From positions 1 to 39,517 of the forward strand of contig CALAAN010000292.1 of the NCBI GenBank assembly GCA_937884915.1: a stretch of 39,517 nt of DNA, in the 5' to 3' direction. Below are positions 32,513-39,517 of this stretch, one piece after another; the first letter of the stretch is position 1; each line of letters starts with the position of its first letter. The notes beneath the pieces are model-generated. The model had not been told where the DNA came from. It saw nothing but the letters and a program-made list of their open reading frames with translations, and did not search any database. Source of the stretch: an uncultured Oscillibacter sp. (lineage in GTDB: Bacteria; Bacillota; Clostridia; Oscillospirales; Oscillospiraceae). Both the position numbers and the translations under genes were made by a program.

Positions 32513-33820
32513 TCAGATGTACTGTTTTCTGTACTGATTGAAAGAATCAAGTGACGGGTTTTTATCTCCGATCGTCGGCGCTATTCTCTTCGCATAATTT
32601 GCATATAGCATTACGTCGCCCGCTTGGTCTTCCGTCAGAGACTTATTCACCGTGGCCTCTTTCGCCAGCGCCGCCTGGATTTCCGCGAGCGTCGCTCCGT
32701 TTGCCAGAAGAGCATTCACTTTGTCGTAATACGATGCTATGTCCTTCCCACGGCCGCTCCCGCTGCTGCCGCTGGATCCGCCGTAACTTCCGGATCCTCC
32801 GCTCGACCCGGCCGCCGTCTCCGACGCCTTGACGTATCCGAGCGCCTGCGCCATCTCCGGATTGGCGGCGATCCACGCCTTTTGCATCGCGTCGATCTGG
32901 CTCTGCGAGTAGCCGAGATCGAGATAGCCGGAAAAGTCGCCGTACTGCGCCATGTTCTGCGCCTTCGTCGCGGCGTCCTGCTGCTGCTGAAGAATGAGAT
33001 TCATCATGTTGGCGTAGAGATTCTGCTGCGCTTCCGCATTTGCCTGGTCCCGCGCGGCGTTTGCCTGATACTCGGCGTCCGCGCCCTGCTGCCGCAGCTG
33101 CATAATGGCGGCGATGCGCGCAGCCTCGTTCTCGTTCAGCCGCTCTCCATAGGCCGTGTCCAGCCCCAGCCGGGCGGACTCGCTCATGCCGCCGCTGTAG
33201 CCTCTCGCGGCCATCTCCTGCGGCAGCACGCGCAGGGATTCCATGTAGTCCCGGTAGAGCTGCTTGTTGAGACTGCCGTACTGGTCGCCCAGCTCGCCGA
33301 TCCCCTGTTCCACCTGCGCGAGAGCGCGCTCCGCCGCGGCCTTCGCCGCGTCGTTGTTGGCCTTCACCGCGTCGTCGTACATCTTCTGGTACTGGTCCCT
33401 GAGATCGTCCAGATACGTTCTCTGCGGCTCCGTCGGTGTTTCGCTCGGCGTCTCTTCCGTCGTGCCTTCCGTCGTTCCTTTCTGTGCGTTGCCGTCGTTG
33501 TCGATGTACGTCACCCTGTCCCTGCCGGTCGAGGGCGTGCTCGGCTGCTGATTGGAATTTGATGGCGGCGTGTTCTTTTTCGTCTCCATGTTTTTCGCGA
33601 CCGTTTCAATGGTATCCTGCGAAAACCCGCCCGGAGGCTCCGAGCCCGGCAGAAGGAGACCGAAGCCGTCGCGGTGATATCCCGGCGGAGTGTATGTACC
33701 GTTTTTGATCGCGTCGGTATAGTCCTTGCTGTAACCGTTCTTCTGTGTTCCTCCGCTGGACGGCATCTGCCCGGTCGTTCCGGATCCATTGTCCCACATA
33801 TACGGCGTTTTACTTGCCAT
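32513..33820 (-). CDS. Putative internal virion/ejection protein, 435 aa
   Basis: Q/A-rich coiled coil with 'MAARGYSGGMSESA' and G/S linkers. Precedes the giant protein. Confidence 0.6.
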   Translation of the reverse strand: MASKTPYMWDNGSGTTGQMPSSGGTQKNGYSKDYTDAIKNGTYTPPGYHRDGFGLLLPGSEPPGGFSQDTIETVAKNMETKKNTPPSNSNQQPSTPSTGRDRVTYIDNDGNAQKGTTEGTTEETPSETPTEPQRTYLDDLRDQYQKMYDDAVKANNDAAKAAAERALAQVEQGIGELGDQYGSLNKQLYRDYMESLRVLPQEMAARGYSGGMSESARLGLDTAYGERLNENEAARIAAIMQLRQQGADAEYQANAARDQANAEAQQNLYANMMNLILQQQQDAATKAQNMAQYGDFSGYLDLGYSQSQIDAMQKAWIAANPEMAQALGYVKASETAAGSSGGSGSYGGSSGSSGSGRGKDIASYYDKVNALLANGATLAEIQAALAKEATVNKSLTEDQAGDVMLYANYAKRIAPTIGDKNPSLDSFNQYRKQYI

Positions 33821-33920
33821 TCTTCTTTCCTCCCTGATAACGAACGCACTTCGGGTTGCGGCATTCCCATTCCGCTGCGTTCTTTTTCGTCATCTCAATG
33901 CCGCATTTCGGGCACTTCAT
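33810..33920 (-). CDS. Tiny Zn-ribbon protein, 36 aa
   Basis: MKCPKCG...CRNPKC. ATGA overlap with the portal stop. Confidence 0.6.
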   Translation of the reverse strand: MKCPKCGIEMTKKNAAEWECRNPKCVRYQGGKKNGK

Positions 33921-35749
33921 ACCGGCGCACCTCCCAGCAGCGGGAGCGTCTGCGCCCCCGGTATTCCGCTCTCCCGGCTCCCTTGTGCAAAGGGAGCTGT
34001 CGCCGCAGGCGACTGAGGGATTGCCGCGCCGAATCTTCGCTGCCATTCGTCGATGATCTCCTGCTTGCCCGGCAGATTGATGAGATCCAGCTGCGCGGCA
34101 AAGAGCTTCCAGTTCTCCGCCGTCACCTGGCTCTGTGTGAGCGCCTGCAGCGTCTGGAGCGTCTGCGCCTTGCCGTGGGCGATGCTGTCGCCCGCCGTGA
34201 TCGTCACGTCCACGCGCGGGAAATACTGCCACGGCTCGCGCACAACGTTTCCGGCCGGATCCGTCACCGCCGGCATGGTGTCCCAGAAGTTATCGGCGTT
34301 GAACTGCATCGTCTGCGCCGCGCGGTCCTTCGTCTCGTCCGCGCCGATGAACAGAAGGCGGTCATCGTCGAAAAATTCCAGCGCCAGCCAGTCCAGCAGC
34401 TCATAGAGCCGCTCAAATCCGGCGTTGCGGTCCGCGCCCTTGATGTCCGCCTGGCTCTGCGCGTCCTGCCGCATCATGGCAAGGCCGGTCGCCGTCGTAA
34501 CGCGGCTCGCCTCCTTGCCGGTGTTGGTGTCGTAGTTTCTTGATGCCCGCTCGATCTGCTGCTTGAAGAAGTCCACGCCCATCGACCCGTTCGCAATGCT
34601 CTGCAAGCCGCCGAGCCGCTGCACGCCGCCCATGCGTCCCTGTTTGAGATGCACCACGGCGCCCGGCTCATTGGTGAATTCCTCGCCGTCCGCAAGCGCG
34701 CTGTCCTCCACGAGAAGAATGTCATTGGCGAGGAACGTATCGTTCAGAATGTTCATGGCGAGTTTCCGGTCCGCAGCGTCCACGAGATCAAGGACCGGCA
34801 TAAGCTCGCTCCTGTTCCAGAATCGGTTCTCGTCCTGTATGCGCCAGTAGTGCACAAACGGGAAGAGCTGGTTCTGTTTGCACGTCCTCTTCCAGTAGTT
34901 CGGGATGTACTTCAGCTCCCGCCCTCCCGCGAGGATCGAGCACGCCACCGCCCCGGCGGGGACGGTCTCGCCGTCCTCCGTCGTTTCGATTGGCTGCCGG
35001 AACCAGTGTTCGAGCACCTGCACCGTGTCGTCCAGATCGTTCACTGCCGTCGTGAGATCGAACATTCCCGTTCTGGATACATAGTCCGCGGTGAGGATGT
35101 CGTCCGCCGTGAGCCCCAGCTTCTCCAGCTCGCGGCGGAACACCTGGCAGAACTTCACCCGGTGCATCGTGTACACATAGTCCACATACTGCCCGTCCTG
35201 CAAAGTGCCGTCGCGGATGGCGGGATCCGGGAAGATCGCCTCCGTGGGGATATCCTTGATCCGGATATCCCCCTCGTTTACGCCGCAGCGCATGTCCTTG
35301 TCCCAGTACGCCTTCCAGAAGGCGTCCCCGAGTTTCAGCAATCTTCGTTCGTTGCGCGTGTTCATATCGGCGAGACGGTTGTTCTCCGTGATGTAGCGCA
35401 CGGCAAATTCGCGCTGCTTCGCCTTCTGGCTGTCGAGATCGTTGTCTCGGCCCCGAAACTCCGGTTCCGGTACGGTCGGGTCGATCTGGCTTTCCACAAG
35501 GATGTACGGATCCGGCATGTTCGCCGGGATCCACGGCACATCGTTTGCGCGGCAGTATTCGATCATCTCCTTCGAGGCGTCGTGGATCCCGTTGTAGTAG
35601 TCGTTGCACCGCTCCCACTCGATCTCCACGGCGGTGCGGGCGTTCTTCGCTCGCCGGAAGAGGGCGTCCGCCGTCTCCTCGCGCATCTCCGGCGTGGAGT
35701 AATCGTACCCGACGATCGCCCGCTCGCCGGTCTGTTTCTTCTTTCTCAT
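33917..35749 (-). CDS. Portal protein (P22-like), 610 aa
   Basis: 'WERCNDYYNG', 'LLKLGDAFWKAYWD', 'IFPDP', 'FPFVHY', 'TTATG' motifs typical of podoviral portals. Confidence 0.85.
   Translation of the reverse strand: MRKKKQTGERAIVGYDYSTPEMREETADALFRRAKNARTAVEIEWERCNDYYNGIHDASKEMIEYCRANDVPWIPANMPDPYILVESQIDPTVPEPEFRGRDNDLDSQKAKQREFAVRYITENNRLADMNTRNERRLLKLGDAFWKAYWDKDMRCGVNEGDIRIKDIPTEAIFPDPAIRDGTLQDGQYVDYVYTMHRVKFCQVFRRELEKLGLTADDILTADYVSRTGMFDLTTAVNDLDDTVQVLEHWFRQPIETTEDGETVPAGAVACSILAGGRELKYIPNYWKRTCKQNQLFPFVHYWRIQDENRFWNRSELMPVLDLVDAADRKLAMNILNDTFLANDILLVEDSALADGEEFTNEPGAVVHLKQGRMGGVQRLGGLQSIANGSMGVDFFKQQIERASRNYDTNTGKEASRVTTATGLAMMRQDAQSQADIKGADRNAGFERLYELLDWLALEFFDDDRLLFIGADETKDRAAQTMQFNADNFWDTMPAVTDPAGNVVREPWQYFPRVDVTITAGDSIAHGKAQTLQTLQALTQSQVTAENWKLFAAQLDLINLPGKQEIIDEWQRRFGAAIPQSPAATAPFAQGSRESGIPGAQTLPLLGGAPV
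33976..34023. repeat. REP-like double-hairpin element, copy 2, inside the portal CDS
   Basis: GGCTCCCTTGTGCAAAGGGAGCTGTCGCCGCAGGCGACTGAGGGATTG, 48 bp. Confidence 0.8.
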
Positions 35750-36759
35750 TTCCGCCGCTCCGCGTCGATCTCGTTGACACGCTTCTGGACGGCATCGTAT
35801 TTGTCGCCGAGTTTCTGTTTGCGCACCGTTCCGTTGCCGTAGTCGCCGCGGATGACAGCGTAGGCAAGAGCGTCGATCTCGGCTGCGGTCAGCTCATCGG
35901 ACGTCGGCGGCGTGGTCGGCTCGCCCGTGCCCTGCTTGGCGAGAAGCTCATTGACGCGCTTCTGGACTGCTTCGTAGTCATAGCCCGCAGCCTCAAGGCG
36001 GCGTTTTCGCTCCGTGCCGTTGCCCCATTTGCCGGTAAGCACTTCCTGCGCCAGCTCGTCAACGGTCGGCTTTACCGGGGTCTCCGGCTCCACCGGCGCG
36101 GCAGTTTTTCCGCACAGCTTGTCCCAGCCCGCGCGGTCGATGTAGGCCAGGTTAAGGTCAAGGCGGCGGGGATAGCCGTCAAGAAAGCCCATGGAGGTGT
36201 ACTGGCGGATGGTGATGTTCTCGCCCCACGGTCCTACTTTTTTGTTTCCGGGCGGATCGGCGAGGTAGCCGCGCACCGGGGTGTAGCCTTTCTTGTAGTT
36301 TTTGTCGGTCGAGATCGCGTACTGCGCCACCCAGAGAGGGTGATTCTTAGCAACCTCGGCCCACACCTTAGAGTTGGCCGTGCCCTTGCTCATGTAGATC
36401 ATGGCGCGGATGCCGGTCTTGTCGTAAACGTAGTCCAGCCAGCGTTTGGCCCAGCCCGCGCCGAGCTTTACGGCCTTCGCTTCCCAGTCGAGCGCGAGGG
36501 CAACTTTGCCGATATATGGCTCAACCACGTTAAGGAAATGCTGCGCTTCCCTCTCCGGCGTCGTTCCGGTGAAACCGTCCAGCGCGAAGTGATAAGCGCC
36601 TACGCACTTACCCTCCGAAAGCGCCTGTTCGATCTGCCGTTTGAAGTCCGGGGAAACGTATCCCGTGCCGCCCGTGGCTTTGCAGATGACAAAGTCACAG
36701 GGGACTTTGGTGAGGTCGATTCCTCTCTGGTGGTCTGCGATGTCAATGCCGTTCATCAT
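35746..36759 (-). CDS. Endolysin: GH25 muramidase plus two Cpl-7 (CW_7) repeats, 337 aa
   Basis: GIDIADHQ, KATGG, GAYHFA, LDWE, QYTS, LDLN motifs. 'ELAQEVLTGKWGNG.ERK..L....Y.AVQKRVN' occurs twice. Confidence 0.93.
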   Translation of the reverse strand: MMNGIDIADHQRGIDLTKVPCDFVICKATGGTGYVSPDFKRQIEQALSEGKCVGAYHFALDGFTGTTPEREAQHFLNVVEPYIGKVALALDWEAKAVKLGAGWAKRWLDYVYDKTGIRAMIYMSKGTANSKVWAEVAKNHPLWVAQYAISTDKNYKKGYTPVRGYLADPPGNKKVGPWGENITIRQYTSMGFLDGYPRRLDLNLAYIDRAGWDKLCGKTAAPVEPETPVKPTVDELAQEVLTGKWGNGTERKRRLEAAGYDYEAVQKRVNELLAKQGTGEPTTPPTSDELTAAEIDALAYAVIRGDYGNGTVRKQKLGDKYDAVQKRVNEIDAERRK

Positions 36760-36773
36760 TTTTCTGTTCCTCC

Positions 36774-38306
36774 TTAGTTTGTGTATTGCACATAAATGTC
36801 GCCGTCGGCGCCCGTGCCGGTGCTCGGCGCGCTCGTTCCGGCGTAGATGTTGCGGACATTCGTGTTGCCCATGACGATGATTCTGGGAAGGTTGTACCAC
36901 TTTGTGATCGTGACCATGTCGCCGGTGCGGTCAAGGGAAATGCTCCCCGCGCCGCTCCACGACATTTTCCGGTCATTGCCGTCGAGTACGGGGATGTCAG
37001 CCTCCCAGCCGACCGTGTAAGTCACGCCGCTCGACACCGATCCTCTCACAAGTGTTACGGACCATCCCGTCGGGAGTGCAGCGAGGACTTCGGAAGTCAG
37101 CGTGAAGTTTCTGCTGGCAGATGGCGCTACGACGTAAAGTTTCCCGTTGCATTCTGCGTCAAACGGTGTGGTGTCAGAGCGCGAAGCGCTGGCGATGCCC
37201 AAAGCATCCGCCGCCAATTTCTCCCGTGTCACAACGCCCTCGCCGAGATTGGCCGTAACGATCGCTCCATTCGCGTTAGACGCAGCGTTAAGATTCGCCC
37301 TCGCCGCTGCCGCTGTGGTCGCGCCAGTGCCGCCATTGGCAACGGGGACAGTCGAAACAGCGGAAAGCGTACCGCTTCCGTTCGCCTTTAAGAAGCCGTT
37401 CAGCGTGCCGAAAAGCGCCGTGCGGATTTTAGCGACGATGTTCGACCAGAGCGTTTTCCGGGTGATCTTTTCGGAGGTATCGTAGAAGGGGAAATAGTCT
37501 CCGTCCGCGACATCCTCGACGGCAGTCAAAAGCACTGCGTCCTTCTGTCTGGCGTCGAGGGCAGATTCGACCGTGGCCTGCGAGCCGGACACAAGGGGGA
37601 TATTTGCGGCAACGACTTCCATATTGCCGGAATCGTCCGGGGATTTACCGTTGACCTTTTTAACACTGCCGCTATGGTAGTCAAACGTATAAGCAAGGTG
37701 CTCTAAAGTGGCCTTTTTGTTTGCACCGGAAACGTACACCGGAATTTCTCCGGTGAGGTTTGTGCCCAGCAGTTCTGCGGGCTGCGTTTTCGGCAGCCCG
37801 TGCGTGAGCGGCTGCATCTCATCAATGGCCGCGGAGAGCGTTGTCTCATCCTCTGTACTCATCGGGATATCCGCGCCGGTGAGCGCGACATTCCCGGAAT
37901 CGTCCGGATCTTTGCCGTTGACCGTATCGACGGAGCCCACGCCATTCAAGCCGTTATATACGGAGAACGTCGTGTGTTCTCCACTGGTGAACGTGATCTT
38001 GTATGTATCCGCCGTGCCGGGAGCGTGCGTGCCGCTTTGCAGCGTGATAGACGCGATGCCGTTTCCGTTCTTCACGGTGAAGGTGGATGTGGAATCGTCC
38101 GTCAGCGTGACGGTGTAGGTGTCCGTCAAACCGTTCGTTCCGGTTTTGACAATGCTTTTGATGGACGTGCCCGGCTCGCCCCGGTCGCCCTTCTCGCCCG
38201 GCGGGCCCTGAAAGTAAACTCTCTCGGGCATCGCCATTTTCCCGCTCATGGACGCTTCCGGCGTCAGTTGTCCCGACAGGGAAACAATAGGGGTAATGTC
38301 CGCCAT
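36774..38306 (-). CDS. Tail fibre protein, 510 aa
   Basis: Short collagen-like GxY stretch, duplicated VNGKxPDDSGN, 'VPVANGGTGATTAAAARANL', C-terminal GDIYVQY. Confidence 0.8.
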   Translation of the reverse strand: MADITPIVSLSGQLTPEASMSGKMAMPERVYFQGPPGEKGDRGEPGTSIKSIVKTGTNGLTDTYTVTLTDDSTSTFTVKNGNGIASITLQSGTHAPGTADTYKITFTSGEHTTFSVYNGLNGVGSVDTVNGKDPDDSGNVALTGADIPMSTEDETTLSAAIDEMQPLTHGLPKTQPAELLGTNLTGEIPVYVSGANKKATLEHLAYTFDYHSGSVKKVNGKSPDDSGNMEVVAANIPLVSGSQATVESALDARQKDAVLLTAVEDVADGDYFPFYDTSEKITRKTLWSNIVAKIRTALFGTLNGFLKANGSGTLSAVSTVPVANGGTGATTAAAARANLNAASNANGAIVTANLGEGVVTREKLAADALGIASASRSDTTPFDAECNGKLYVVAPSASRNFTLTSEVLAALPTGWSVTLVRGSVSSGVTYTVGWEADIPVLDGNDRKMSWSGAGSISLDRTGDMVTITKWYNLPRIIVMGNTNVRNIYAGTSAPSTGTGADGDIYVQYTN

Positions 38307-38641
38307 TATGTGACCTCCTTGAGGATCTCAAACGTTGCCGGCGGGATGACGGTGTAAACATCCCCCTCCGCCGTCGTGAGCTGCACGTCGTATATATACC
38401 TGCCGAACGCCAGCGCCTTTGTGTTCTCCGGTTTGATGTGGAACGCTTCCCCGCCGGGTACGCGGATCTGCACGGCGGGCGATGTATCCATCACCGTTTT
38501 CTTGACGGTCAGAGTAACCTCGTCCTCCTCCGTGAATACGTATTCCTTCCCTGTGACTGCGTTCGTCGCACGGTCAATAAACAGCCGCGCCGTGTCGCCG
38601 CGCGTCAGATGGATGGTGTTGTCTTTGTCTACTGTGAGCAC
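38306..38641 (-). CDS. BppU-like fibre/baseplate adaptor, 111 aa
   Basis: 'IHLTRGDT...LTVKK...IKPENTKAL.FGRYIYDVQL...VYTVI' signature. GTG overlaps the upstream stop. Confidence 0.7.
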   Translation of the reverse strand: MLTVDKDNTIHLTRGDTARLFIDRATNAVTGKEYVFTEEDEVTLTVKKTVMDTSPAVQIRVPGGEAFHIKPENTKALAFGRYIYDVQLTTAEGDVYTVIPPATFEILKEVT

Positions 38642-39144
38642 TACTTCCACGCTCCCCCTGTTTTGAATTTTACCGGCCCAGTTTTCCACGCGCCGGAGAC
38701 CTTGACGTACACCGCCGACGCTTTTTTCCACGCGCCGGAGACCTTGACATAAACCACATCGCCGAGAAGCGCCGGGGCGGTGAAGCTGGTCGTTCCGTAG
38801 TTCGTGCCGTCGTTGTCCTGCCCGACGTAGACCTTGATCGTAGCGCCCGCCGCCGCCGTTCCGGTGAAGTAAGCGGTCCTTGTGCCGCTGGTTGCGGTCC
38901 ATGTGAGAGATGTGCTCGCCCCTGCGTTCGAGCCATTCACGTCGCATCGCAGGTAGGATGCCTTGACGTCGTTTTTGTACCACGTTCTGGTTTCGACGAC
39001 TTTGAGCGCAAACCCCGTGCCGGTCATGCGGGCAAAATAGACCACGCTCGTGATCTTGAGGTTGTTGCTTTCCCACGTCGTGGTCCCTTTCTGCACCCAC
39101 GAACTGCCGCTCGGCCGCGTCGGGGCGGTTAAGCTCCATCCCAT
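38641..39144 (-). CDS. Fibre-associated adhesin/cap-like protein, 167 aa
   Basis: Beta-rich. C-terminal VYVKVSGAWK repeats (42-bp DNA period). Confidence 0.6.
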   Translation of the reverse strand: MGWSLTAPTRPSGSSWVQKGTTTWESNNLKITSVVYFARMTGTGFALKVVETRTWYKNDVKASYLRCDVNGSNAGASTSLTWTATSGTRTAYFTGTAAAGATIKVYVGQDNDGTNYGTTSFTAPALLGDVVYVKVSGAWKKASAVYVKVSGAWKTGPVKFKTGGAWK

Positions 39145-39154
39145 TTAATTCACC

Positions 39155-39517
39155 TCAATTCGCGTACTGGATGTAGATGTCGCCTTCGGAACCGCCGGAC
39201 GGACCCTCTGTTCCGGCGGTTATGGTCCGCACCTGATTTGCGGCGATGCCGAATTTCGTGTAAGAAATGTTGTCGGCGAGCTTTGCGGCGGTGACGGTTT
39301 TGTCCGCCAGCTTCTCCGCCGTGATGGTCTTGTCGGCGATGAGCGCTGCCGTGACCGCACCGGAGGCGATCTTCTGCGTCGTCACCGCGCCCTGCGCGAT
39401 GTGTTTCGAGAGCACGGCGAGCGCCGCGAGCTTTTCCGCCGTGACCGCGGCGTCTTTGATCTTCTGTGTCGTGACTGCCGATGATGCAAGCTGGCTGCTG
39501 CCCACGCTTCCCTCGCC
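39155..39517 (-). CDS. Tail fibre/spike protein, 3' part
   Basis: 10-aa 'AVTxxKIAxx' repeats, C-terminal GDIYIQY. In frame with 1..459. Confidence 0.8.
   Translation of the reverse strand, partial: GEGSVGSSQLASSAVTTQKIKDAAVTAEKLAALAVLSKHIAQGAVTTQKIASGAVTAALIADKTITAEKLADKTVTAAKLADNISYTKFGIAANQVRTITAGTEGPSGGSEGDIYIQYAN

Larger units (their letters stand above)
1..39517. mobile_element. Complete circular temperate phage genome (excised form, intact attP), probably podovirus-like
   Basis: Terminal 18-bp overlap (17/18) with an in-frame gene across the join. Full set of terminase, portal, capsid, lysis, integrase and repressor genes. No host genes seen. Confidence 0.92.

Noticed and set aside
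38682..38750. 42-bp-period direct repeat as a regulatory or recombination site
   Set aside because: Explained by the VYVKVSGAWK protein repeat.

Overview
This window is an apparently complete ~39.5 kb temperate phage genome in its excised, circular form. Bases 1-18 match 39500-39517 at 17/18, and a tail-fibre gene reads in frame across that join. The host is probably a high-GC gut Firmicute (Clostridia/Oscillospiraceae-like). That is inferred from strong AGGAGG RBSs, sigmaA promoters, a GH25/CW_7 endolysin and PcfJ/PcfK genes. The minus strand carries the early/replication genes (including an HUH-type Rep), terS/terL, scaffold, capsid, holin, adaptor/nozzle, fibres, endolysin, a displaced portal, and ejection proteins including a ~3100-aa polyvalent protein. 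No tape measure or tail tube was recognised, so the morphotype is probably podovirus-like. The plus strand carries an XRE repressor, dinJ-yafQ, a membrane-anchored HTH protein and a Zn-ribbon tyrosine integrase next to an intact attP (tRNA-Gly 3' end plus arm sites). Five observations stand out. (i) Two homologous RHH regulator / antisense sRNA / translational-attenuator cassettes resemble P22 immI. (ii) Three paralogous 33-39 aa micropeptides, missed by the ORF track, may be repressor mimics. (iii) The giant protein has an exact 642-bp module period with conserved G[RK]AS junction DNA. (iv) A 24-bp inverted repeat brackets an HTH gene. (v) A tandem HicB protein lacks a DNA-binding domain. Family names come from motif recognition by eye, not database searches.
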